From the NCBI RefSeq assembly GCF_006345805.1, contig NC_042998.1:64480001-64544000 (forward strand): a DNA stretch of 64,000 nt, read 5' to 3'. Positions 28,442 to 41,040 of this stretch are shown here, piece after piece. The translations under genes and the position numbers were made by a program. Position 1 is the stretch's first letter, and each line of letters starts with the position of its first letter. Under the pieces are notes generated by a model that saw only the letters and a list, made by a program, of their open reading frames with translations, was not told the origin of the DNA and ran no database searches. Source of the stretch: Octopus sinensis (lineage: Eukaryota).

Positions 28442-28929
28442 TGTTAAATAAAATAGATAACAAGGCCAAGGCAATATGAAATCTCTACAACATTTATAAG
28501 AGAAAGGTGGACTTATAGCTGTTTCAGGGAAACAAATGATATCCATCATCAGAGATAACTTAAGGAAGTTTCAATAGAAGGAATTAATAGACTTCCTTAT
28601 ATAAGAAGTTATTTTTGAAAGGGAGAGATAGAGAAAGTATAAAGGGAAATATGAAAATAAAATGGATATTAAAGAAGCTGATGATGGGATACCATTTATT
28701 TCCCTGAAACAACTGTAAGACATCCTTTCTCTTTATAAATGTCTTAGAAATTACACATCACCTTGGTTTTGTTATCTTATTTTATTTAACATATATGCCC
28801 TAACACACACACCGCCTTAGATTCCTCACCCATACTAGTAGTGAATCGGGAGTTTAACAGCAATCCTTCCGTAGCACTTACATATCCCTACATGATTTGG
28901 GATGCCAAAACCTGGATGCCAAAACTTCT

Positions 28930-28930
<1 letters not shown>
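28442..28930. mobile_element. PLE-derived fold-back element: inverted arms 28442-28552 and 28678-28791, tail to 28930
   Basis: Each arm carries CTGATGA..GAAAAC-like core elements (CTGATGA-tgg..ccct-GAAAC-agct/aact). Flanked by (TG)n and (TA)n. Confidence 0.8.
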
Positions 28931-28980
<50 letters not shown>

Positions 28981-28991
28981 TATATATATAT

Positions 28992-29032
<41 letters not shown>

Positions 29033-29169
29033 TGTGTGTGTTTGTGTGTGGTGCGTGTGTGTATGTGTGTGTATATGCATGTGTGGCGGGTGCGTGTATA
29101 TGTATGTATTTGTGAATGCACATATCAACGCGCACGCACACATATAAACGCAAGTACGACTGTGTATTA

Positions 29170-29325
29170 AGTAGATTGCATCTGAAGCACAACTTTGTGG
29201 GTTCAGCCCCTCTATTTGTGACATTAGGAAAGTGTCTTTTACTATAGACTTAGAGTGAATGAACACTTCGAGGCGGTGCACCAAAATGGTCGCGGCCCTA
29301 TGAGTGGAATACGGTAAAAGTAAAA
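29170..29325 (+). mobile_element. Short CORE-like SINE variant
   Basis: gggttcagcccc..gacattaggaaagtgtcttttactatag is joined directly to the tail aggcggtgcaccaaaatggtcgc. Confidence 0.55.
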
Positions 29326-29529
29326 ATATTTGCTACATATAGTGTGCCCTTAATGAAATGTTAGTGTCGGATATTTAACACTAGGTGAAATATCCTCTTC
29401 AGAGCTTGCAAAAGCGACTACAATAGTGAAACGTACGTAGAGAAAAGAGGTCTTCTTTGAACCATTGCATCTATCTATCATTTGCTTCCCACCCACATTC
29501 TTACGAGTTGAGTCTTCTACTATAACTGA

Positions 29530-29539
29530 AAGAAACCCG

Positions 29540-29627
<88 letters not shown>

Positions 29628-29815
29628 GCGTCCGTGTTTGACTACCAGTGTGTGTGTTGATGTCCCCGTAACATACAAGTTTAGCAAAAGACAACTTTAG
29701 AATAAGTAGTAGGCTTTAAAAATTAGTCCTTGCGTCGATTCGTGCGGCTAAAATCTTCTAGGGCAGCACCCCATCTTGTCTGCAGTTAAATGCCTGAACC
29801 ATGTAAAAGATAAAA
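29530..29815 (+). mobile_element. CORE-like SINE 3' half
   Basis: gaaagaaacccgg-(TA)n(TG)n-gtccccgtaac..agaataagtagtaggctt..gcagttaaatgcctgaa. Confidence 0.7.
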
Positions 29816-32227
29816 TGACCATCTCTGTTTCCCTAACTAATTTTCTTTTTTAAATGTTGGTTAATTAAAAAGAAATTTCAAAGTAGTACCCAAGCATGGC
29901 CGCAGTCTAATGATTGGAAATAAAAAAAAATATTTAATGCCTTCTCTGTCATGCTACTAAAAATGTGGAGGGAAATATAACAAAACAAAGATCATTTCTT
30001 CTGATGTTACTATTAGTAAAAATGAAAATTCCCATGCTGTAAATACCCCATGTTTTCAAGATTCATATCATGACAGCTACACTTTTGTATGCGTGTACCA
30101 AATGTGCTACTAAATGGTGAAATAGGAATAAAGGAGAAATGAAAATTTTATTCTTGGCCATCATACTTATGTAATCTAAAAAGATATATTCTATTTGGCT
30201 CACATTGTATAAAGAAACTAACTTAAAGAAAATATTTCCGTGAGAACATTTTAAAAATCTAAGATTTCCATCTTAGCTGTACTCCACCATATTCCCTGGG
30301 TGACAATTCAGGATCGTATACATATTTCTCATGTGCAGCTTTTTGTGGTGATATTACTATACCATTTTAAGGCATATGGAATATACACATGCAATCTTCC
30401 ATAAGACTAGCTATGTGAATAATATCTAAATTTATAGAGTGGAGTGAGAAGTAAACTAACTTGGTTTCCAAATTAAGTCTCATAGGTGGTCATAAGCAAT
30501 ATGATGGAATCGATATTTTATTAAGGCTGACATGCTTATTGAAATATGTTCAGGTTATAAGTTTTCTATGCGAAAAAGGGTTATAGAATTTGAAACACCA
30601 CCGGCAAAGAAAGAAATGCTAAGGGGAACTGTTACAAATAATGAAACTTACAGAATAAAATTTATTATAAGCAATGATACAAAACTTACATTTTAGCAAT
30701 GATTTGAAAGGTTGATTCAAATGGCTTCCATATCAGAGACATAGCAGTTCGAAAAGTTATTTGAGCCCAAATACATCGAAAGGGAAAAACAACAAAATAG
30801 CATTGATAAATAGTTATGAAAGAAGGGAGAACCCAAATATTACGTGGGTATAATCGTCATTTTATTAGGAACATTATCATCATCATTTACTGTTCAATTT
30901 ACCGTACTCGCCAGGGTCAGACGAAGTTTATTGAAGCAGATGCTTTACTGCTGGGTGCATTCCTCTCATGTTTGGAAAACAGGTAATGCTCCACCTTGGC
31001 CAAACGTCTTCACACAATACTGGAAACGAAAGACATTACATTTATGATAGTGAAACTCGCTCACACAAGCCATGTGATACAAAGACAAACAACTACAAAC
31101 TTATAGACACTTAATTCTTTCAGTTTCTGTCTGCATATATAAATTTTTGTGTTTATGAATTGTCATAAACAAACGTATATATGCTCCCGCATGGCCGCAG
31201 TCAAATGACTGAAACAAGTAAAAAGTACAAGAATACATAGAAATCACTATTCATCTAAATGTATACGCAGAAATACACCAAAATTGCGAAGTGTTAGGTA
31301 TCTAGAGAATTACTTTCATACGCCACTTAGTAATAAAGAAAGACATTTCAGTTTACAGAGTCTAAGAGTTTTCATGTCGTTTGCACCCAAAATATTTCGA
31401 AGCACAAATCTTTTTGACGATTTTTATTCAATTTACATTTGAAATAGTTATTACAGTATGCTCCATTATTTACATGGAGGTAAAATGATATTTAACACTG
31501 CATTATCACAATTTTGTTTCGTAATATTCACTGAATTTTAACATGGTATAATGAAATACATTATTAATCATTGCTACAGTAAAACACTTTGTAGCTTTGC
31601 TTATGTAATATTGTGTATGCGTGTGTATATCACAAAATATATTACTGATAGTTTATACATATGTGTGGAGATTGTTTGCAATATTGTTAATACTTATATA
31701 AATGCCAGCCATCCTCGTCATAATGCAAATATATAACTCATATCATAATTTATGTATTCCCTATCAAATCTGAAAAAAAAGTAAAAATCCGAATCAAATA
31801 GAGGTACTGAACATAATTGAAAATGTTATATAATTTAGAGGAGGTTAGAACGTCAAAAGTGAGCCTACACTTCCTGTAAAATATAATCACCGCCCACAGT
31901 TTACTGAGATGCGTACACTTGCGCCTTGTGTGCTGGACTCATAATTGCAAGATTGTGCTTTCGATTCCCTCACCTGGCTGAGCATTTTGTTCTTCAGCTT
32001 CAGGAGTATATTATGATCCCAGTCGCTTAAGTGGCATGGAATACCAGTAACTGTCCTATGTCCTTTGCCCAATAGAGGGATAATGAAGTTTGGCGCATTA
32101 TATACAATAATAATTATCCAGATATAATATAGATATTATATCCAGATATCAAACATCAACAACAATAGTTCATTAAGGAAGAAACATTTTGAAATCAACC
32201 TAAGTTCGATATAAAGAGCAATTTGTA

Positions 32228-32269
32228 AATAATAATAGTAATAATAACAATAATAATAATAATAATAAC

Positions 32270-32301
<32 letters not shown>

Positions 32302-32312
32302 TGATGATGATG

Positions 32313-32345
<33 letters not shown>

Positions 32346-32605
32346 TAATAATGATGGTGATGATGATGATGATGACGACGATGATAGTAATGATGATGAT
32401 CATGACGATAACGATGATGATGTCGATCATGATGATGAAGATGATGGTGATGGAGATGATGATGATGGTAATAATAATAAGAATATGAAGAAGTGGTATT
32501 AGTAGTAGTAGGAATAGTATAAGTTGTAGTAGTAGTAGCGGTGGTGGTGGTGATGGTGGTGGTAGTGGTGGTGGTGGTGGTGATGATGGTGGTGGTAGTA
32601 GTAGT
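32228..32605. repeat. Compound trinucleotide microsatellite (AAT, GAT, AGT, GGT)
   Basis: Direct inspection. Confidence 0.95.
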
Positions 32606-32789
32606 TTCACAATTTGACACAAACGCAGCAACGTCGAGGAGGAGCTAAGTCGATTATATAGACATCCTTGCTAAACTGGTTATCATTTTAACGACCATAC
32701 TAGGGTGTAAGTCGGAAGAAATGCTGCTAAACATGACTGCCAGCTTGCCGCTTTTGATTTTTATATATATATTTATATATATATAATTT

Positions 32790-33267
32790 GACTGCAGCTA
32801 TGCTGCAGCATTGCCTTTAGTCGAAAAAATAGAGCCTAGGGCTTATTCTCTGTTAGCCAAAGCACTTATTCACTCGGTCAATTTTGCTTAACTTAAGTTA
32901 CGGGGACGCAAACACACCAGCATCGGTTGTCAAGCGATGTTAGAGAGACAAACATAGGCACACAAAGACACACACACACACACACACGCACCCATATATT
33001 ATTATATATGTGTGTGTGTGTGTGTGTGTATGTATGTGTATGTGTGTGTGTGTGTGTGTGTATTGACAACCGATGCCGTCAAGACTGATGCTGGTGTTAT
33101 ATATATATATATATATGACGGGCTTCTTTCAGCTTCCATCTACCAAATCCACTCAAGGCTTTGGTCAGCCCGAGGCTATAGTAGAAGACACTTGCCCAAG
33201 ATGTTACGCAGTGGGACTAAACCCGGAACCATGTGGTTGGTAAGCAAGCTACTTACCACACAACCAC
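32790..33267 (-). mobile_element. CORE-like SINE, near full length
   Basis: Reverse complement of the 5985-6400 family (gcccgaggctatagtagaagacacttgcccaag..ggtaagcaagctacttaccacaca). Confidence 0.85.
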
Positions 33268-33339
33268 TGTACTCTAAAACGAATACGTTAAGTCATCATA
33301 TTAAGGTAAAAATTGTTTTGATTTTCGAAACTGCAATGA

Positions 33340-33720
33340 TTCCGTGTTCAATCACAGTATGATGCACCTTAGGTTAGTGTCTTCTGCCTTAGCCACGGTC
33401 CGATCAAATGACTGTGACAGGATTTGGTAGACAGAAATTGAAAGAAGCCCTTCGTATAAATATACACATAGTGTGTGTGTATGTGTGTGTGTGTGTGTGT
33501 GTAGAGGTGTGTATGCATCTATGTCTGTGTGAATTTGTGTCTGTGTCTGTCTACCCCAACACCAATGAAGGTATGCTTACGTTCTCGTTACTTAGGTGTT
33601 GGTAAAACGGTAGGATAATATTAATATGTTTAGTAAGGTGAATCCTGGCATCGATTTGTTCGACTAAAACCTCAATATAGTGCCCCTGAATGGCCGCAGT
33701 ATAAGGACTGAATCGAATTA
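33340..33720 (+). mobile_element. CORE-like SINE, diverged
   Basis: gatttggtagacagaaattgaaagaagccc and tail atggccgcagtataaggactgaa. Confidence 0.75.
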
Positions 33721-34361
33721 ACGATAATATATATAATTAAGATGGGGATTCCGATAGAATCAGGTACTTAAAAAGAAAGGTTATTTAATGTTTGTGGTTC
33801 TGGCAGATCGTTAGTGAGAGTCGAAATATCAAATAGTATGTTTCAGTTGTGTACACAGAAGCAATGAAACCCAGGAATATTTAGCGGCTAATGGTCTGCT
33901 CCAAATTACGCGTTACTTTAAGTAGTACGTTGTTGGTATACTGTAGTTTGTGTGACAAGTTGTAAATCCCTTAATGTATTGTAATCAAATGAATAATAAC
34001 ATGCGATGCATAGTTGTCAACTTATGAGCTTACAATTATCCATTTTCATTCACAACATTTGTGATTATTTCCATTATAGCGAAAAAATCCCTGATTACTT
34101 ACCCCTATTTGGAAATCTTCTACACCACACCATAACGAATAGATGACACAACATTGGTAAAGAAATTTGAAAAGAAAATGCGAAACCGGTTATTTCTCCA
34201 AAAACAATGTCACTATACACAAAATTTTAGCTTATTTTTCCTAACATGATGATTTAAATATATATTTTAAACATAAAATACAAAGCTTCTGTAGTTTTTC
34301 ATTCTATTTTGTTTTTTGTACATCCAATGATGTGCTTTCACATACCAACAACTCCCTCACC

Positions 34362-34422
<61 letters not shown>

Positions 34423-35320
34423 AAATTCAGGGTGAAGACTTGATAAGCTTTAAACACCCTGTTATGTCGATTATACATTGATGTAGGAATACGTTGTTGT
34501 ATAAAGCTTGAAACACGTGTACCGCGACATCCTTCGTGTTCTGTTTTTTATTTCATTTGATATATATATATATATATATATGCATATATGTACACACACA
34601 TATATAGGGGCTTATATTTCGTGCGTGTCTCCTGCGCCGCTTATAAGATGATATAAATGCATATATTTTGAAGATGTACTTCATAAGTAACATGAAGAAT
34701 TGGATACACGACTTACAAGTTCTTCTTTCCAGGGCCTGCCCTTTTAACTTTCGTATCTGTTATTTGTGACAACGTTTCAACATCAATTCATGGCAGTTGT
34801 TGAAGGAACATTATAATATACGATATTTATTGGTTACTACACTTATGCTATTTCGAGTTTATCGGCTGCAACACATGATCCTTATCGTTATATAAATTAG
34901 AAAACAAAGGAAAGTATTTAGTGTCAGAATACCTTCTAAATATATTTGTCATATTTCTATAAAGGACAATGTAACTAGTATTAAAATACTCTCGGCACAA
35001 CTCTACGTATGAAATATATTGTGATGACCACATGAGACATTATTTGATTGCAGAACGAGTAAATGGTTAAATAGGAACAAATGTAACGAATACTAAATAA
35101 TTCTTGCTGTTATACATGAAGATGCTGCTTATCGATCTGTGCTTAATTCCAAAAGGAAGAATATTTTCTGAAATTAAGTTCTAAGTACAGAGTTTTGATA
35201 TCTTAGGGGCATTTAGCTAAATATAAACGTAAACATATTCTCACTCTCTCCCCATCTCTCTCTCTCTCTTTATATACACATACATATATATACATACATA
35301 AATATATATATATACACACG

Positions 35321-35352
<32 letters not shown>

Positions 35353-36098
35353 ATATATTATATATATATATATATATTTGTATATATGCATGTATGTATA
35401 TATATATATATGTTTAAGTATATAAAAAGTATATATGGATATGTATGTATATATTGGTGCCATTAAAAGACGATATGAAATTACGATTTATATAAGAAAA
35501 CATTGATTGCAAGCTAAGAAAGTTAAGATAGAAATTGCATAAAAACAAATATGCAAATTATCAAGTGATGAATGCATAAGACACAAACGGAAAACAGAAA
35601 ATATTCAAGATTGATGAAAATATCTGTAAACAACGAAAATAATAAATAGGTTAGAATATGAGAATTTACAATAAAAAAGAATTAAACTTCATTTAAATCA
35701 GACTGCACTAGATGAACATTAGATTAAGTTTATATATAAAAACAAAAAAAAACATTTAGATATTGTCAGAATGTATATAATGCAAATGAAAACACATTAC
35801 TAAACCAACATTTAAAAATTATCCTCCAAGTCAATGCAGAGATATTTAGAGTATAAACATAGCTTTCGAAAATAAATCAAAGAGAAGCGTTAGATATAAA
35901 TTAAAGATGTTTTAAAATCTGTAGAGAACAAAGGAACATTTTTAGAGGGAAAATTATAACGATATATAAATAAGAACTTTATTTTCATTTCGTATTTCAT
36001 GTAGGAAGTGATATAGAATAAAATTTGAATAGAGGTTAATAACAGATGCTTATTCCTGTACATGCACAAAAAAAGGGGGCGCACGCAAACACTTCTTC

Positions 36099-36146
<48 letters not shown>

Positions 36147-36226
36147 AATTGCAGCGTGGAAGGTGTTTATAAGCCATTCAAGAAACACACAAAAGCCGTT
36201 CGATTCACTTCAACATTTAAGTTTAA

Positions 36227-36276
36227 TTTGTCAAAATATTTTCGTCGCTAAAATCCGCGACCTGTTCACTGACAAA
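36227..36276 (-). ncRNA. Minimal type-I hammerhead fold with swapped G3-C8 core (left arm)
   Basis: Minus strand tttgtca-GTGAACA-g-gtcgc ggatttta gcgac-GAA-A atat T-T-tgacaaa. Confidence 0.7.
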
Positions 36277-36307
36277 GTCCGTGCTGCATCTAAGATACAG
36301 CACGGAC

Positions 36308-36356
36308 TTTGTCAGTGAACAGGTCGCGGATTTTAGCGACGAAAATTTTTGACAAA
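36308..36356 (+). ncRNA. Minimal type-I hammerhead fold with swapped G3-C8 core (right arm, 1-nt deletion in loop III)
   Basis: tttgtca-GTGAACA-g-gtcgc ggatttta gcgac-GAA-A att T-T-tgacaaa. Confidence 0.65.
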
Positions 36357-36498
36357 TTAAACTTAAATGTTGAAGTGAATCGAACGGCTTTTGTGTGTTT
36401 CTTAAATGGCTTATAAACACCTTCCACGCTGCAATTGTTTTCGTTTCAGCACACGATCTCAGATCAAATTACTTGCTATGCGAGTATATCTCCGTAAT

Positions 36499-36531
<33 letters not shown>

Positions 36532-36564
36532 GTATGTATATATATATATGGAGAGAGAGAGAGA

Positions 36565-36640
<76 letters not shown>

Positions 36641-36641
<1 letters not shown>

Positions 36642-36714
36642 CTAGCTAGCTAGCTAGCTAGCTAGCTAGCTAGCTAGCTAGCTAGCTAGCTAGCTAGCTA
36701 GCTAGCTAGATAGG

Positions 36715-36748
<34 letters not shown>
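36641..36748. repeat. (GCTA)17 followed by (GATA)n
   Basis: Direct inspection. Confidence 0.95.
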
Positions 36749-36750
<2 letters not shown>

Positions 36751-37258
36751 TACTGAAATATACTGAACAATTCAGAGATAAAAGACAATATATGTGCTGC
36801 TATCGTAACGGATATTAAAATTTTATTTTGCGGCAGATCTCCATGACTTTCTTCTCGAAAACACAAGCGTTCAAGAGTCATAACAAGAAATGTGACCGCT
36901 AGTATTTGTTGTCTAGTATTTAGCAGGAGTTTAAATGTACAGAAAAGGCTGTTGTTGTATATTGTCTTTAAATTACTTTAATAAAATTCGAATAATATTT
37001 TAGAAAAGTTATGTATCAAAATATAGCACACATACATGCAAAATAATCGGAGGTGTTACTCTATAACACACGTGAAATGGCGTGAAGACAAAAGAAGGAA
37101 ATGTATATCATTAACGTGGACCATCCTAAACAGGATGTTAAAAAATACCAAGGAGTATGTATATACATGAATATATGTGAATGTGTGCCATTGTCTGTTT
37201 GTTTACTTGTTTGTGTGCGTGTGTCTCTATGTGTGTTAGGGAGTATATGCATGTGTAT

Positions 37259-37445
37259 TACGAGGTGATACTGAAAATCTGGCTTTAGGTAAAAGAAAAT
37301 AGAGGAGGGTAAGTTAATTATGATTTAAGTCAGCATATTGCTCTCAGATTCGCACACTTACTACAGCTGTCGTTCTGTTCTTTCAAGCCCTGTAAAAGAA
37401 CTTGGAAGTTTGGGCGTCCAACCAGTTCTTACGTGATATCCTTAA
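37259..37445 (-). mobile_element. Mariner 3' end with TIR
   Basis: TA-cgaggtgatactgaaaa terminus. Minus strand WLDAQTSKFFYRA..CSKCANL resembles a mariner C-terminus. Confidence 0.6.
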
Positions 37446-37669
37446 ATCGAAGAAGTTTTCAGTATATGCTAGGCCTTGTAACAGGATCACAAATTCTTCA
37501 TGGTGTCTAGGGACACAAAATTGACATACTGTGTGCTTTGACCAATTGTAGACCAGGCGGGAGTTGTCGTCCTTCATTTATGGTCAGAGTACATTGATTA
37601 TAGTTTGGGAGGAAGATATAAAAATATAGACATAGTAAAACAGAACAAATGATCACAGTATAGAATTAA

Positions 37670-38491
37670 TAGAGGATCTTCGTCGATGCCTCCACCAAAT
37701 TTGGAAGTGGTCTAACGATTGGGACCTGTGTCTGAACGTGTCAAAGTGTTGTCATCTGCCTGTCGGCTCTACTCCTGCAGCTCAACTTGATTTCGAGCCG
37801 GGTCGTCTGCTGCTGGAGAGGACCGATCAGGTAAAGGACCTGGGTATCTTGGTGGATTCCTCCTTTTCGCCTTCGGCCCAGTGCTTCCATGCTGCCAACA
37901 AAGCACGCGGAATTCTGTTCTTGATTCGACGGTCATTCGGAATGCTCACAGCAGCCATATTCCTACCACTCTATGTCACCCTGGTGAGACCCATATTGGA
38001 GTATGGGATTCAAGCCTCTTCTCCTTATCTCCTCAAAGACATACAGCATCTCAAAAGAATCCAGAAGCTGGCTACCCGCATGGTTCATGGTCTCAAAAAT
38101 TTGTCCTACGAAGGAAGGCTGAGGACGCTCGACCTTTATTCTCTTGAAAGACGCCGCCGCCGTGGTGATCTCATTCTCGCCCACATCATAAGCGGAAAGT
38201 GTAACCTCTCGAAAGAGCTGTTCTTCACTCCTGCTCCAGAGCGTCGGCTGCGGGGTCATTCCGAAAAGCTCTACCTGAGACGATTTCATCTCAATCGAAG
38301 GAGAGGAGCTTTCTCCGTCCGGGTTGCGGATCCGTGGAACAAGCTGCCAGACGAGATGGTGAAGATGCCGACGACCGCTTTGTTCAAAGCCTCCCTGGAC
38401 CTCAAGTGGCCTGAACTCTTTACATGAACACCACCCTGTACTTAACTCCATGTCCCCCTACATGGCCTTGCTATTTGCTTTTGAGCCAAAT

Positions 38492-38530
<39 letters not shown>
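37670..38530 (+). mobile_element. 5'-truncated CR1 LINE, young, with (AACT)n tail
   Basis: Open frame EDLRRCLHQIWKWSNDWDLCLNVSKC..KDLGILVD..LVRPILEYG..SLERRRRRGDLI..FSVRVADPWNKLP to 38427. Tail (aact)n at about 38493-38530. Confidence 0.95.
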
Positions 38531-38549
38531 TGAAAAGTCCATCGATCAC

Positions 38550-39577
38550 ATAGGGAATGCCTTTCAGGAAGGCAACACACCATAGTACGAGGAATATTAA
38601 TGCAGTATATGGGGATCAGAGAAAAGTGTAAGCCTGTGTCAACGGTCGTTCCAGAAATTCCGAGGCAGAAACCTCAGCCTAGTTGACGAGCCTCGTCCTG
38701 AAAGATCTGTGGAGATCGAACAAATTCCCATCGTAACAGCTGAGGAACTAGCGAATAAGGTTGGAGTTGGTCTTTCAAATATTCATCGAGACATTCGGGC
38801 CATCGGATTGGTCAGCAAACTGTGCCTATGTGTTCCTCACAAACTTGCCGTATCTAATAGCGAGCAGAGAGTGAATGTGTGCTCTTTGCTGTTACTTCTC
38901 ACGAATGCATCTTTTGGGGCCGAATAGTGACTGGTGATGAGAAATGAGTTCTCTACAAAACTGTCAAGCACCGAAGACAATGGGTAGGGAAATGAAAAAC
39001 AATAGCACTCCAATCCTAAGAGGGTCTTCACTTATGTAACGTCTTGTTTTCTGTTTGATGGTATATGAAATGCTAAGTCCGCTCTGAACGTTAAAAAAAA
39101 AATGTTAAGAAAGGAGATCTTCTGCGAGCAGCTTCAATGGCTTAAGTCATCGCTAAAAGAAAAATAACGATCTTTGTTTTAAAGTCGAAAGGTGTTCTTT
39201 CATCAGGATGATGCTCGACCACGTACAGCGAGGATGACATTCCAGAAATTGGAGCAGTTTGAGTGGGAAACGGAGCCCCACCCATCATATTCGCCGGACA
39301 TTGCCCCCATCCGATTATCTTTTATTCTGCAGTCTTCAACATAATTTAGACAGAAAAATATATGTACTTTGTAGACGAGGTCAGAACAGTACTGAAATAG
39401 TATTTTTTGTCACGGCAAGTGAATTTCGGAAGAGGAGCCTCGAAAATCTACCACATAGAGGGAAGAGCATTGTAGAAAACGAAAAAGGATATATTTTCGA
39501 TTAAAAGAGAACTTTGCTTATCTTAATTTTGAAAAATAAAAGTATAAAAAAGCATTATTTATGAGATGACCCAATAC
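38550..39577 (+). mobile_element. Decayed mariner transposon (Mos1/Hsmar-like transposase)
   Basis: INAVYG, FQKFR, DEPRP, CVPHKL, RIVTGDEK, FHQDDARPRT and HPSYSPDIAP. Right TIR ttatgagatgacccaata. Confidence 0.9.
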
Positions 39578-40444
39578 TATGGCAATTTTCTTATTAATAT
39601 GTTAATGTTTTGGTAATTCAATTTATAGATATAATATTAGATATGGGATCTCGGTCAAAATATATATAATTTGATTTCCATCTGATGACGGTAGTTATTT
39701 CTTTTAATATGCCATAAAACCTCACTTGGTGAGATTTGTGACGCTTCTTTTATAAACAAACGAAAGGGAAAAAAATGGAAATACTAGAACTTTGCTTGTA
39801 ATTTATTGCAAGTGTCTTAAAAGCTGAAGAAAATACTTCGTAATATAAAAAAAAATGTGTGGATAAAGAATACGATTGACATAGTTGTGGCTTCATGTTT
39901 AATTTGTCTATGTGGTATATATTTGGTTCATTACCTAATATTATAGGGGCAGTCAGAGAAATGAATTTTGTCTGAATTTGGTAGACGGAAACTTAGGCAG
40001 AAGACTGATTCATGTATAGGAATATATGTGTTGGTTTTGACGCTACGGCGTGTGGGTATGTGTGCCTGCCTCTGGATCTTTGTGTGTGTATGTGTTTGTG
40101 TGTGTATGTGTTTGTGTATGTATGCTTGTTTGTGTATGTGGGTGTATGTGTGTGTGTTTATGTGTTCCTGTGTGCACGCGCGCGCGCTCACGTGTGCCAT
40201 CGTGTATGGATTTGTTTATGTGCCGGTAACTGAGAATTTAGCCAAAATGTGACTGAGAGTTTAGATAAGGCATTTTGAAAATATAAAGTTCTGGTGAATA
40301 TTTTATAAATTAGAAATTTAAATCAGTGTTCCAGCAAGGCCACAGTGAACGCGTCAATAAGTAAAAGTATAAAATAATACGAAAATAAAAGAAGGATATT
40401 GTTTCAGAAGCAAAACGATTAACATTGAAAATTATATTATGTAT

Positions 40445-40610
40445 ATTCTTTTCTACTCTAAGCACAAGGCTCGAAATTTTGAGGGAGGGGGTAGGTTGAT
40501 TAGATCGACCCCAGTACGCAATTGTTACTTAATTTTCGACTCTGAAAGGATCAAAAGCAAAGTCGACCTCGGTGTAATTTGAACTCAGAAAGTTAAGACT
40601 GACGAACGAC
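40445..40610 (-). mobile_element. Second-family SINE
   Basis: gatcgaccccagtacgcaattg..aaagtcgacctcggtgtaatttgaactcagaa. Confidence 0.75.
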
Positions 40611-40821
40611 ATTACTAGCTACGGCGGTACACATTCTAAAATTGGAGTAATTCTAGATATTGAGATATAAGAAAGATGAAACACTTTAAAAATTACCGAT
40701 GCATTTATGTTTGCTTTCTGTAAAAAAAATATATTAATCTCCGCCCTCCCAAAATATCAAACAAACATAAGTGAAGTGTACAAGTGAGTAAGGTTAATAT
40801 TTCATAAATAACATCTAAAAG

Positions 40822-41040
40822 ATCGCGGCACTCTGTCCGTTACGACGACGAGATTTAATGATGATCGGATCGACACAATAGCGTGGTCGTGAAATTAACT
40901 TGCAAGTGGCTGAGCACTCCACAGGCACATGTACCTTTAACGTGATTCACAGAGAGATTAAGCATGACACAGAATTTGACAAAGATGGTCCTTTGAAATA
41001 CAGGAACAACTAATTTTTGCAAGCTGAGTTGAATGAGTGA
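40822..41040 (-). mobile_element. SINE-like remnant of a third family
   Basis: ggcactctgtccgttacgacgacgag..gtgaaattaacttgcaagtggctgagcactccacag. Recognised by pattern only. Confidence 0.4.

Larger units (their letters stand above)
36143..36497. mobile_element. Young fold-back element: 298-bp palindrome (36143-36440) plus 57-bp tail, between (TA)n tracts
   Basis: Arms of about 148 bp differ by two substitutions and one indel as far as I can see. 3-nt loop at 36291-36293. Confidence 0.95.

Noticed and set aside
32195-32631. Poly-Thr/His/Ile and poly-Pro/Leu ORFs
   Set aside because: Compound trinucleotide microsatellite with no splice or domain evidence.
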